Program-made: the position numbers and the translations under genes
Origin: a virus
Length of the DNA stretch: 64,000 nt
Reading direction: 5' to 3' (one strand)
Virus record (IMG/VR): IMGVR_UViG_3300047551_002812
Span: 1 to 64,000 of that record
The notes under the pieces: generated by a model
What the model was told of the DNA's origin: nothing
Database searches by the model: none
Seen by the model: only the letters and a program-made list of their open reading frames with translations
Shown here: piece after piece, positions 8,942 to 18,580 of the stretch
How the letters are laid out: every line of letters begins with the position of its first letter
Position numbering within the stretch: position 1 is the stretch's first letter

Positions 8942-11584
8942 TTAGTTTGCATCCTCCAGATAGATAACTTTAACCTTACCTGCTTTAAGTTCGTTAGCTC
9001 CCCACGATATTCCTTGCCAATCCGCTAAAGAATGTTCTTCGACTTTTGCAACTCGACATTGCTTACCTCTCTGCATAAGTGATTCTCGTTCAAGTTGATT
9101 AGCCGAAAGAGGCGCTATACACTTGATATTTTTTCCTGTGTAAACAGTTATAAAATTGAACTTCTCCGGATAACCACGGTAAAAAATATCCAGCACGCCG
9201 TTTCTCCCCATTTCGTCCCCTTCGTGATCATCTGTGTAGGATGCAAATCCAGTGGATTCATAAATATCCCCAGGTCTTAGATTTTTTATCGCGTCAACAG
9301 AATCAGTGTATTTTGTAGAGATTTTATTCATTCTGTAGAACGTACCAACATTTGTATGATCAGGTATTTGGTCAAGAGCTTCCCTCATCGTGTCAGCAAC
9401 TTGGTTGAAAAATTTCACATCTCCTGGAGTAAAAGAGGCAGTTTTTCCTCTAATTAAAGCATTTAAATCCTCATATAGTACATCACTATACTCTCTCAAA
9501 ACATATTTTCCATCTGGCGAGAGTTTCTTGAGTGCGTCCGGATCACCGCCATAGGAACCCGCGTAATTAGTATTCAATTGTCTATCTACCTCATTAACTA
9601 CACCTTTGAATATTTTGTCATTAAAAAGATTTTTATCACTTGTTAAATTAAAGTCTAACTTTGAGGCAACTGGTCCCTGCGGTGTCCCTGCCTGTTGGAT
9701 GGGAACTGCGGGAGTCGCACCGCCAGGTGCCTGAGCGGGACCTTGCACCAACTGATCCAAGGCGTCCTTAACTTCACCCCTTACTTTCTTATCCCAGTCG
9801 GGGTCATTGGAGTCTATACCCGAAGCCAGCGAGAAGGCGCCTTTCATCGCCTCGTCGACATCCTTCCAGTTCAGTCCTTTGTTCCCGGAGATCTTAGCGA
9901 TCTCCTGCGCAGAGATGAGTAGAGCGTTAACTCTGCGTTTGAATTTCGCTTTAACATCCGAGTCTAGTTTGGATGAATCGACCGCGTTCAGTAGTTCATT
10001 GTAATTATCTGCCAATGCCTGGATTTGATTGGTCCAGAGGTCCTTGTAATCGTCGTCGGAAGCGTTCTGCCAGAACTGCTTACCCTGACTCCCTGACTTG
10101 AGAGTCCATAGCTCCATAGGTATGGCTCCGTAGTCCTTACTCCCGCCCATAGCGCGGAAGTTGAAAGTCCCACCGGAGTCGATCCTGATAAGATTACCCT
10201 TATCATCCACCATCATGTTATCGTTGGTCAGTCCGAGGAAATCCCAGTTAGCAACGAGAGCATCTGCCACGAAGGACTTCTTGATTTTATCTCCGATACC
10301 GAGGGCTTTTATCTCGTCGAACGGTAGATCGCTGATGGTCCGACCATTCTCTATGAACTTATTCACCAACCTACCATCGGCGGAGAGTTTGGACTGAACC
10401 GCGGAGGAGGGAAGGGACTTGCCCAAAATATTATAGATTGAGTTGGCTGTGCTTTCGGCCACATTCTGTCCAGGAGCGCCACCGTCCTTAACAACGTATT
10501 TCTCGTTTGTGGAATCACTCTCGTAGAGTCTTGGATTAGTGGAACCGGGTAGGGTCTTCGTTGGTTTGAATTCGTTACCACCGATCTTAAGTACATCACC
10601 GGTGAAAGTTGGCGTAGTATTTTTCGGAATATTCCAACCGTCTGCGACTTTAGGAGCTGGAGCTGGAGCTGGAGCTGGAGCTGGAGCTGGAGCTGGAGCT
10701 GGAGCTGGAGCTGGAGCTGGAGCTGGAGCTGGAGCTGGAGCGGGGGTCTGACCCCCAGATTTTTGATTCTGCCACTGTATTACTCCCTTCGCAGCATTTA
10801 TTAGACCTGGTTTTTTGCTATCGGGAGTCGCGTCCCAGACGCCCTTCAACTTGTCCTTGATTTGAGGGAAAGCTTTCTCGAGTAGGTCTTTGTTATCCTC
10901 AAAGAGTTTGTCATTATCCGCGGTTCCCTGGGAAGTCGGTGCGGGTGCGGGAGCAGGGGTGGCCGCCGGAGCCGGAGCCGGAGTCTTCTTAACACTCTTA
11001 GCCTGGGCTTTCTGATCGGCCTCCGCTTTGAACTTCTTCGCCTGCTTCAGGTATGCCTGTTTCTCCTTTGGAGAGAAGGTTGACCAGTTATCGCTTATAA
11101 GCGTCGCTCCTGTCCCCCACTTAGCTTTATACCCCTCCATCGTCTCTTGGAGCATCTGCTTGTCTTCCTCTGGCGACAACTGAGGAGGAGCTTTAGGAGC
11201 TTTAATAGCACTGCTCTGTGGCTTAGGTTGCTGTGTTTTCCACCCCTCAGGTACCTGAGGAGCGTTCTTATCGGCTTCTTTCGTGCTTGGTTGGGACTGA
11301 GCGGGTGGCGGAGTTCCGGCCCCCTGTTGCTCTCCCGGTTTTGCTCCCTTGGGTTCTGCTGGTGTAGACTTTACGTTTTTTGTCTTCTTGGACTCGGAAG
11401 TTTTCTTTCCGACATTGTTCCTACGACCGGCTTTCGCGTAAGCAATCGCCGCCGCCTGAGCCGGAGTATAAACCTCCCTTGCCGGATCGAGGTAGGGCGG
11501 GTCGTAACCGCACCCGTCTTTGTTAAGAATACACCGGATGTTTTCTTGGATGATCTTGTCCGAAGATCCCTCACGTAAAGGCAT
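8942..11584 (-). CDS. Kinase-like (HipA/PI3K fold) plus VIP2-like ADP-ribosyltransferase fusion with Pro-Ala linkers
   Basis: YVVK..AES..DALVANWD..DN..IRIDSGG kinase-like core; Y..LNALIRG, FYR, STGFASYT, ERE (R-S-ExE) ART motifs. Confidence 0.8.
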   Translation of the reverse strand: MPLREGSSDKIIQENIRCILNKDGCGYDPPYLDPAREVYTPAQAAAIAYAKAGRRNNVGKKTSESKKTKNVKSTPAEPKGAKPGEQQGAGTPPPAQSQPSTKEADKNAPQVPEGWKTQQPKPQSSAIKAPKAPPQLSPEEDKQMLQETMEGYKAKWGTGATLISDNWSTFSPKEKQAYLKQAKKFKAEADQKAQAKSVKKTPAPAPAATPAPAPAPTSQGTADNDKLFEDNKDLLEKAFPQIKDKLKGVWDATPDSKKPGLINAAKGVIQWQNQKSGGQTPAPAPAPAPAPAPAPAPAPAPAPAPAPAPAPKVADGWNIPKNTTPTFTGDVLKIGGNEFKPTKTLPGSTNPRLYESDSTNEKYVVKDGGAPGQNVAESTANSIYNILGKSLPSSAVQSKLSADGRLVNKFIENGRTISDLPFDEIKALGIGDKIKKSFVADALVANWDFLGLTNDNMMVDDKGNLIRIDSGGTFNFRAMGGSKDYGAIPMELWTLKSGSQGKQFWQNASDDDYKDLWTNQIQALADNYNELLNAVDSSKLDSDVKAKFKRRVNALLISAQEIAKISGNKGLNWKDVDEAMKGAFSLASGIDSNDPDWDKKVRGEVKDALDQLVQGPAQAPGGATPAVPIQQAGTPQGPVASKLDFNLTSDKNLFNDKIFKGVVNEVDRQLNTNYAGSYGGDPDALKKLSPDGKYVLREYSDVLYEDLNALIRGKTASFTPGDVKFFNQVADTMREALDQIPDHTNVGTFYRMNKISTKYTDSVDAIKNLRPGDIYESTGFASYTDDHEGDEMGRNGVLDIFYRGYPEKFNFITVYTGKNIKCIAPLSANQLERESLMQRGKQCRVAKVEEHSLADWQGISWGANELKAGKVKVIYLEDAN
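10653..10741. repeat. Perfect hexanucleotide tandem repeat (GGAGCT)14 encoding (Pro-Ala)n
   Basis: Directly visible in the sequence. Confidence 0.98.
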
Positions 11585-11609
11585 TGCAACTACACTACTT
11601 AGTAGTTCT

Positions 11610-11810
11610 TTAAACTCTGTCTTTACGTTCTTCTTTATGTATCCAGTCCTTTAGTCCGGACACGTAATCCCGGAGAATCTGGGCCTGCTCCAGGTGCCAT
11701 CTGTCCCCGGTCTCGAAGTGGAGCCGGGTGTGATTATCTATGGCCTTGAGAATGCTATGTATAGGAGCGTTCCAACACTCCCTTACAGGGGTGTTCCACT
11801 CTCGGGGCAT
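11610..11810 (-). CDS. Cyanophage-type hypothetical protein
   Basis: MPREWNTP..WNAPIHSILKAIDNH..WHLEQAQILRDYV. Confidence 0.75.
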   Translation of the reverse strand: MPREWNTPVRECWNAPIHSILKAIDNHTRLHFETGDRWHLEQAQILRDYVSGLKDWIHKEERKDRV

Positions 11811-11811
11811 C

Positions 11812-11970
11812 TCATGGCTCCTTGGAGTGCCAACCCTCGGGGACTTTTATCTGGACCTTTTGCTCCTTACTCTGAAAGAGATCCGGGCCTTCGGTCATAT
11901 CCTCCTCATCTTTTTTCTTCACGGAGATCATACCTTCTCCGCCCGCTCTTGCCTGATCCAGATTCATCAT
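11812..11970 (-). CDS. Unlisted 52-aa protein ending IKVPEGWHSKEP
   Basis: Translated by hand: MMNLDQARAGGEGMISVKKKDEEDMTEGPDLFQSKEQKVQIKVPEGWHSKEP*; ATGA overlap with the upstream stop. Confidence 0.75.
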   Translation of the reverse strand: MMNLDQARAGGEGMISVKKKDEEDMTEGPDLFQSKEQKVQIKVPEGWHSKEP

Positions 11971-12392
11971 AGTCCTAACATCTCGTCCAGTACTTTGTCA
12001 TCGATGACTTTGCCGGTGTTGATCTCGGAAAGAGCGTCACGTTTCTCCTCCGCGTGGCAGACCTTAGTGATTTCCTGGAGGAGATTCAAGACGTTAGCCC
12101 TCTCCCACTCTGGGATTGATCCCTCGGCACTTAGTTCTTTAAACTTATCAAGTATCTCCACAAGGATTATGTGGGAGAGTTCGCGGATAGCAATCCAGTT
12201 ATCCCTGACCTCGTCCTCTTCGACATCCTCCTGGAGCTGGTGGGATTGCTTGACGAGGGAAATGAGAGTTTTGCCTACATGAGCTATGGATTTTGGCCCG
12301 ATCTTCTCAAGATCGATAGATTGGATCTGATCGATAATCATCTGCTGAGCGTCGGCGCCGAACTCAGCGAAGTTTTTATGTATGCGGCTCAT
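11967..12392 (-). CDS. Hypothetical helical protein
   Basis: 141 aa ORF, coupled to both neighbours. Confidence 0.7.
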   Translation of the reverse strand: MSRIHKNFAEFGADAQQMIIDQIQSIDLEKIGPKSIAHVGKTLISLVKQSHQLQEDVEEDEVRDNWIAIRELSHIILVEILDKFKELSAEGSIPEWERANVLNLLQEITKVCHAEEKRDALSEINTGKVIDDKVLDEMLGL

Positions 12393-12910
12393 GAGTTAAA
12401 TGAGTACTTAATCAGAGATGGTTGGCTTCCCTCGACGGAGTAGAACACGGTAATCTGTGCTCCTCCGTCCTCGGATAAGGATACTTTAACCTCTAATTCC
12501 ACACCCGAGGGGACAACGGAACCTATCTGGGCCTTGATTGTCTGGGCTAACGTGTACTCATCGATACTCTCAAAGAGCAGCTCTGGAATACCAAGGAAAG
12601 GTCTGTAGACCCTCTCGCCGATCCTTGTCTGAAGTACCTCCATGATCTGCTCACCTACTCGATCGTAATTAGAGGAGAGCTTCAACCCGCCATTCCCGTC
12701 CAACTCGAGGGGGTACTTGAGTCCACTAAGGACCACATCTGTCAGTGGCGGACTGGATTGCTCCGAGAAGATCAGTCCAGGGTTCCTCCTCTCGAGTTGG
12801 GTACTCTCATACCTGTCAGAGTTCACCCTGTCTCTGATGGCGAGCTGGTTCTTTATATTCTGAAGATCGGAAGTGTCGATTCTCTGTGTTATAGCCGGTA
12901 AGTCTATCAT
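12389..12910 (-). CDS. Baseplate wedge gp25/GPW-like protein
   Basis: YPLEL..VLQTRIGERVYRPFLGIPELLFE. Confidence 0.88.
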   Translation of the reverse strand: MIDLPAITQRIDTSDLQNIKNQLAIRDRVNSDRYESTQLERRNPGLIFSEQSSPPLTDVVLSGLKYPLELDGNGGLKLSSNYDRVGEQIMEVLQTRIGERVYRPFLGIPELLFESIDEYTLAQTIKAQIGSVVPSGVELEVKVSLSEDGGAQITVFYSVEGSQPSLIKYSFNS

Positions 12911-15900
12911 ATCACTGTGGCTCCTCTGGTTACAATGTTGCCATTAGCCTGTCTCATACCATCATCCAGGATCTTGATCACTGCGGGTTGGATAGCGGCA
13001 GCGATGTCGTTACCCGCCAGACCCGTAGCATTAATCGTTATGTTATAGGTGATCCCGCCACCTAACCCGCCAGCGCCCGCCGAAGTCCTTCCAGACGTTA
13101 GTTCTCTGTTTGAGAGTATGGAACCTGACGAGGCAGGAGTAAAGATCTCCGGTCCTCTTTCCCCGACCAGCAGTGGCACCCCCCTTGTGGCCGGACCCCC
13201 CACTGCCCTCCTGTTCATCCCGAGAGCATTAGCGATGAAGTCCAGAGTGCTGCCCCACCACCCCCCTCCGTTCCCGCCACTCGAGCGGAGTCCGGTGTTC
13301 TCAGCAATCATCCTGGCCACTCCTCTGCCGGGGAAGATAACATCCAGGATGACATTTCCCCAGTCGATGTTGGAGGTGAAGTTCTTTATGCTATTGAAAG
13401 CGCCCATGATGCCATCGACGAATCCCCTTCTCAGGCCTTCGATCCACGTCATAGCATCACTGCCGAATTTGCTTACGGCCTTACCTATGGCATCCCTCAC
13501 ACCCTTATCGAAGAGGGCCGCACCGCCCCCTATCACTCCGCCTATCACTGCTCCCCACGGACCGAACATGGCCCCCATGGAGGCCCCGTTGATAGCCCCC
13601 ATACCGACCCTACCGAAGGCCTCCCCGGCACCGACCATCGGCTCACCGGTGAGAGGGTCGATCTCTGCGGCCTGGGCGGATCCACCACCGAGAAGAGCCG
13701 CGGCACCCAACCCAATACCTCCGGCTATCAGAGCACCTCTACCAAATCCACCGAACCTCCTTCCGAGTAGGGCTCTGGTGCCACCAGAACCGTACCTTCG
13801 GTTGAATCTAGCCGCGGTCTGCTCTGGGACGTCGGGGAGTATTCCGGACGTTAGAACATCATTCGGACGCGTGCCAAGTAATCTTCTACCGAAACGCGTA
13901 AATGGGTTCCTATTCCCCATCATCTGCCTACGTTCTATCTCGCGCCTTCTTCCTTCGAGTATTGCTGCTCTATTCACATTACTACCCATGTACGGGGCGA
14001 ACGTGTACTTTCCGTTCACCATCCGCCACGATCCGGGGGCAGCCGCTGGAAGTGGACCTATGGGTGATCCGTACTGCGGACCGTACCTGGCGATCTCCAT
14101 CGGGCCCTCCAGAGGGAACCTACCGTGGCCGGATAGTGCTTGAAGTCTCAGCGCTTCTCTCGCACCGTAGTTTATCTGGGACCTTCTGAACTCCCTATTA
14201 AATCGCTCCCGCTCATTGAAGTCCTGGATGTTGGCGAACATGGGATCGAGCGAGTCCTCCGAACGGATCGACGAGAGAAGGTCATCTAGCCCTGGAGGGA
14301 CGTCGGGTCCGGCTCCACCGCCGCCACCACCACCGCCTCCGCGGCCGCCTCGGCCGCCCCGGCCTCGTCTCCCACCACCCAGCCCTCCTCTACCGAACAC
14401 GAAGTCCGTCGCCAATCCACCTATACCACCCGCGCTCCTGTACCTCCTGGTACCCGCTCCGACGAGCCTGGTAAGTCCTAAAGCCCCTCCGCCAATCGCG
14501 AGAAGTGAACCTATCTGTGGAATCATACCCCCCTCGCCGGAGAGCACTCTACCGAGTAGACCCACTAGAGTCGGTACTAGAGTCTTACTCAGTTCCAAAG
14601 CTACTGTCCCCGCTTTGGCTATCAAGGCATTACCTACCTCCCTGAAGAAGGTAAGCACTGTCTTCCCAGCCTCGTCGACTATGGTCGCGACGATGGATGC
14701 TCCACTCTCCGCCTCGTCGGTAATATCCTCACCACGTATAAACGCTCCAACCTTCCTCAAGAACCCCCGGACATTCTCACCTATCTCCTTGATAAAGGAT
14801 CGGATACTTTCCTTGGAGATATCGGGGAACTTCGGAGGGTTCTTGGCGATATCATCGAGTCTTTTAAAGAAACCGATTATACCCGAGAAGGCGGACTTAA
14901 CGATCTCGGTGATACGCTGGACGGTAGGATTGCTCAGTACGTCATCGATGAGACTTTTCAGTCCGTTGATGAAATTCGTGATGAATCTGATCCCGCGTCC
15001 CAAGAAACGAAGCAGGGCGGTATCGTCCTTGATACCAAACGCCTTGCCCAACTCGCTACTCAGTGTCTTTATGAAGCCCTCCGGGCCGAAGATGCTCTCG
15101 AAGAGTTTAGTGGTCTCCTTGAAGATATTTGTTGGGGCCTCACCGGCTCGGATGGTGAAGTCCCTCATTGAGCCCAGTAGTCCGGCTTTAGGGTTGAAGA
15201 GGGAGGCCGAGAACTGCTCGAGTACGGCCTTGAATCCCCCGGTCTCCTTCGCGAGCTTTTCTATGTCGATGTTCGCGAGAGCCGCTCTGAGTATCCGAGT
15301 ACGCTCGTCGATGGACATCGTCTCCGTACCTAGACCCCCACCGACCCTGGAGAGTTGGGCCCCGAGCATTTTGGAGAGGGCGTCCCCGGATTCTTGGAGC
15401 TGTATGCCACTGGTCTGCCCGGTCAAGAACTTACCGAGGATGTCAGCGGCATTGCCCCCCAGTCCGGCCCTGCGCGCTGCTGTCTGTAGATTCTGGATAT
15501 CGGTAAGCACGCCGAGTCTGGCACCTTGGGACAGGTTCCTGGAGAGATACGGCGATACCCCCAGGGTCTTCTGGATGTCGCTTATCGTGGAACCAGTCTT
15601 CACAGCCACCTGACTGAGGGCCGAGGAGAAGTCCTCGACGATCCTGCTTGAGGCGGTCTTGCTGAACCCCGCGTAGATGTTGGTCAGGATCAACGCCTGG
15701 TTCTCGGCCGCCTTTATCGCCTGAGCGGACGCGAGTCCCTGCTCGCCCATGCTTCTCTGGAACTCCCTGTTGATCTGGGAGAGCGCATTACGGACCACAT
15801 CGAGTTTTAGACCCGACACGAGGAACTTGTTGTCGAGCTGGGAGGAGAAGGCCTTGAACTCGCTGAGGGCCTTCTGCGTATTTGCTCTTATGTCTAGGAT

Positions 15901-15918
15901 TACGGATGTAGTCGCCAT
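12907..15918 (-). CDS. Tape-measure-like protein
   Basis: 1003 aa, Ala/Gly-rich helical with hydrophobic GxxG segments; C-terminal RAVGGP..LVGERGPEIFTP. Confidence 0.75.
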   Translation of the reverse strand: MATTSVILDIRANTQKALSEFKAFSSQLDNKFLVSGLKLDVVRNALSQINREFQRSMGEQGLASAQAIKAAENQALILTNIYAGFSKTASSRIVEDFSSALSQVAVKTGSTISDIQKTLGVSPYLSRNLSQGARLGVLTDIQNLQTAARRAGLGGNAADILGKFLTGQTSGIQLQESGDALSKMLGAQLSRVGGGLGTETMSIDERTRILRAALANIDIEKLAKETGGFKAVLEQFSASLFNPKAGLLGSMRDFTIRAGEAPTNIFKETTKLFESIFGPEGFIKTLSSELGKAFGIKDDTALLRFLGRGIRFITNFINGLKSLIDDVLSNPTVQRITEIVKSAFSGIIGFFKRLDDIAKNPPKFPDISKESIRSFIKEIGENVRGFLRKVGAFIRGEDITDEAESGASIVATIVDEAGKTVLTFFREVGNALIAKAGTVALELSKTLVPTLVGLLGRVLSGEGGMIPQIGSLLAIGGGALGLTRLVGAGTRRYRSAGGIGGLATDFVFGRGGLGGGRRGRGGRGGRGGGGGGGGGAGPDVPPGLDDLLSSIRSEDSLDPMFANIQDFNERERFNREFRRSQINYGAREALRLQALSGHGRFPLEGPMEIARYGPQYGSPIGPLPAAAPGSWRMVNGKYTFAPYMGSNVNRAAILEGRRREIERRQMMGNRNPFTRFGRRLLGTRPNDVLTSGILPDVPEQTAARFNRRYGSGGTRALLGRRFGGFGRGALIAGGIGLGAAALLGGGSAQAAEIDPLTGEPMVGAGEAFGRVGMGAINGASMGAMFGPWGAVIGGVIGGGAALFDKGVRDAIGKAVSKFGSDAMTWIEGLRRGFVDGIMGAFNSIKNFTSNIDWGNVILDVIFPGRGVARMIAENTGLRSSGGNGGGWWGSTLDFIANALGMNRRAVGGPATRGVPLLVGERGPEIFTPASSGSILSNRELTSGRTSAGAGGLGGGITYNITINATGLAGNDIAAAIQPAVIKILDDGMRQANGNIVTRGATVI

Positions 15919-15924
15919 GGGTTA

Positions 15925-17928
15925 TTACAGTGGAGTCCAGACACCGCCGGAGCATACCACCCCGCGATTGTTATTCACGAAGGGGCACTGGCCTGCTGTC
16001 CCGAACCTCTCCCCAGGAGTACTACACTTACCGGAGTACTTGGCGCATAGTTTCTGCTGAGCAGGAGTTCCGTTGGTTCTCTCGTAGGTTCGTCTAGTTG
16101 TCCTCTGGCCCTCGCACTTCTTACTTGTTCTCACCCACTGATCGAGTGCTTTCTTGGTAGTCTCGGTGCAAGCTCTCATGAACTGATATGCTCTAGTCTC
16201 AGGTTTCTCAGCACGGTTTATATCTCCGGGGACAAAGAGATCCTTTGACTTTAGAATATCCTCAATAGTTTTCCTGTACGCGGACTTCTTGCACCCGGAC
16301 TGAAGTTTATTATCCACGTAGGTTGATAACTCGACTGAAGAACTATATAGGTTACCTTTGATACTGTAGAATTGCGACTTTAGATCATTTATATCCCAGT
16401 GCGGGATAAACAGTGGGTTGTCCAGCTTTACGTAGAGTTGTTGAAGTTGCTTACTCTGCTTCAGTCCGAAGTCGCATAACTTCGCATCCCCGGACTTCTG
16501 ACCTGCTGGCTCAGACGATTTCTGGTCGGGATTATCCCCCTCACCCGGATCAGACGAAGAAGGACCAGCAGGGGTGCTCGCACTGGTAGCTCCTTGGGAT
16601 TGCTCCGTGGCATCGTAGACCATTGGGATCCTTCCCGGTCTTGCCACGTCAACGTACCCATCGTTGATCGTCCACTCCGGTACCTGCTCGAGTGTGAAGG
16701 ATAACTCGGCGTTCACGACCTCCCCCTCGTCCCACATTTTCTCCTTGATCGATATCTCCTTGATCACGCACGGGCCGAAAACCCTCTTACCCCACACGAA
16801 CTCCAGCACCGGTGGACCGTCCTGTCCCTCGCCATCCCTAGCCATGAAAAGCTCGAAGATCCCCTGCTCTAACTCCTCTACCTTACGCCCGAAAACGTAC
16901 CCGTTGAGAAGTACCGAATTGAACTTGAGTTGGGCGTTCTTGTTGTGACTCCAGTTCAACGGTTGGCCTGAGTTCGCCTTGTCACTTACCCCCCACGTCT
17001 CCGCGGTCTTGAACTCCGGTCCGGCGTTTACCTCAAGTTCGGACGGGTTGAAGAGGAACTGCCACATTCCCTCGGTGAGGGTCCCGCTCTTGGCCGGAGT
17101 GAAATTACTTTTCGAGTCTGTCCTCTTACTCTGAGCTGGATTTACAAATCCATTCGGATTAGCCGGTTTCAACTTACCGACGCCGGACGTCCTGTAGTTT
17201 GTCCCAAGAGCCGACTGCCCGTTCTTCTTCTGCGACGAGTCGGCCACAGTACCTGGTAGTGTAGTTGTGGTTGGTTTTGTGCTTGGGGATTGCGTGGCAA
17301 GTGCTACCTGCCTGATCTCCTGCTGAGCCTGATCGACCGATAGTTTCTCATTGTATCTAGCTATCCTGGTCTCCATGAATCCACTCTCTATCTCCCCGTC
17401 GTCGTTGATAACCACGTTATCCGGATCGATATTCGTCTGGACTATTCTCCCTTGGGCCGTATCTATAACCTCTGTGCTGATCCGGGTGGTCGTTCCATCC
17501 TCTCCCGTAACTACCGCCGCGGTGAAGTCGCTGGTGTACTGGATGAGTTGAGCACCCTCGCGCTCTATACCGTACCTCTCATTTATCACTCTGTTCAGTT
17601 CGGACTGAGGATCGGTACCCGGATCGAGTTGGGTGGCATCTATCGCTTGAGTGGTGGTCTCCGCCGTGGACTTACTCCCGGCTCTCTTCCATCTCCTGAT
17701 GTACGCTACGGAGTTGCGAAGTGACCCGTCACCGAGCGGACCTTTCATGGAGAACTCCATGGAGTCCAGCACCGAGACAACATCGAGATTGGCTCCGAAC
17801 AGACTACGGTGAGAGGAGAGCGCGGGTTTCTCTCCTCCAGTGGGAGGTTGCTGCTGAGCACTATCCACCTTAGCCTTCGTTTTGGCTCTTGAGATATTCT
17901 GCTGTATGAGATCCTCGCGGCCAGGCAT
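15925..17928 (-). CDS. Tail tube initiator / CIS-tube-like protein with extensions
   Basis: FLFNPSEL..PPVLEFVWG..CVIKEISIKE..AELSFTLEQ. Confidence 0.7.
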   Translation of the reverse strand: MPGREDLIQQNISRAKTKAKVDSAQQQPPTGGEKPALSSHRSLFGANLDVVSVLDSMEFSMKGPLGDGSLRNSVAYIRRWKRAGSKSTAETTTQAIDATQLDPGTDPQSELNRVINERYGIEREGAQLIQYTSDFTAAVVTGEDGTTTRISTEVIDTAQGRIVQTNIDPDNVVINDDGEIESGFMETRIARYNEKLSVDQAQQEIRQVALATQSPSTKPTTTTLPGTVADSSQKKNGQSALGTNYRTSGVGKLKPANPNGFVNPAQSKRTDSKSNFTPAKSGTLTEGMWQFLFNPSELEVNAGPEFKTAETWGVSDKANSGQPLNWSHNKNAQLKFNSVLLNGYVFGRKVEELEQGIFELFMARDGEGQDGPPVLEFVWGKRVFGPCVIKEISIKEKMWDEGEVVNAELSFTLEQVPEWTINDGYVDVARPGRIPMVYDATEQSQGATSASTPAGPSSSDPGEGDNPDQKSSEPAGQKSGDAKLCDFGLKQSKQLQQLYVKLDNPLFIPHWDINDLKSQFYSIKGNLYSSSVELSTYVDNKLQSGCKKSAYRKTIEDILKSKDLFVPGDINRAEKPETRAYQFMRACTETTKKALDQWVRTSKKCEGQRTTRRTYERTNGTPAQQKLCAKYSGKCSTPGERFGTAGQCPFVNNNRGVVCSGGVWTPL

Positions 17929-17973
17929 CGGAAAGTGGACTATATCTCTATAGTTTCTTTAAACCCGAATAGT

Positions 17974-18552
17974 TTATTGGTACTTCCAAATGTAAGGGCG
18001 GGTGGAGGGAGGCGTTGGTGGTGATGAGGCGGTTGTATTAGGTGAGGATCCTTGGCCGGTTGACAGTGCTGAAGTTCCTTGAAGTCCAGATCCGTCAATA
18101 TTTGAGTCTACTCCAAACTCACTCTGCGGCACGTCATTAAACTCTGATCCCCAACTATCTAGTTTATCTCCAGTATCACTACCTGTCATATCATTAACTG
18201 GTCTCCAAGCGTTTCCTCCAGAATCCCATAGTGGCTCGTCACGTAATGGAGCGTTCGCGTCTGTCTCATCTGATTCCCAAAGAGCCTCGGTTCTTAGTGG
18301 TGCGCCTCCTTCTCCAGAATCCCACAGTGGTTCTGGTCTTAATGGTGGATTATAACTACTCTCACCTGAGTCCCATAGCGGTTCATAACCTCCAACTGCC
18401 TGAGTAGGAACCGGATCGATCCCCCAAAGTTGACCATTTGTCAAATTTGTCCTGACTGGTTCCACACTTTCTTGGAGTTCAGAGCCAAAGGAAATAGTTT
18501 GCACAGTTGCTTCTGGACTCCAGGCATCTAATTTAGGATCATTATACGCCAT
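17974..18552 (-). CDS. Acidic low-complexity protein with EPLWDSG repeats
   Basis: Four copies of E[PA]LW[DE]S[GD]; GATTAAAG variant 21 nt upstream. Confidence 0.7.
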   Translation of the reverse strand: MAYNDPKLDAWSPEATVQTISFGSELQESVEPVRTNLTNGQLWGIDPVPTQAVGGYEPLWDSGESSYNPPLRPEPLWDSGEGGAPLRTEALWESDETDANAPLRDEPLWDSGGNAWRPVNDMTGSDTGDKLDSWGSEFNDVPQSEFGVDSNIDGSGLQGTSALSTGQGSSPNTTASSPPTPPSTRPYIWKYQ

Positions 18553-18580
18553 ATTACTGCTCTATATGGATAACTTTAAT

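Noticed and set aside
13049-15613. Long plus-strand ORFs (364 and 465 aa), and similar shadows such as 4214..4936, 22977..23651 and 24563..25378
   Set aside because: They are antisense to well-supported genes, have no motifs or promoters, and are explained by codon bias.
15918-15960. Tail-chaperone programmed frameshift upstream of the tape measure gene
   Set aside because: No chaperone gene pair or slippery site is evident at this position.
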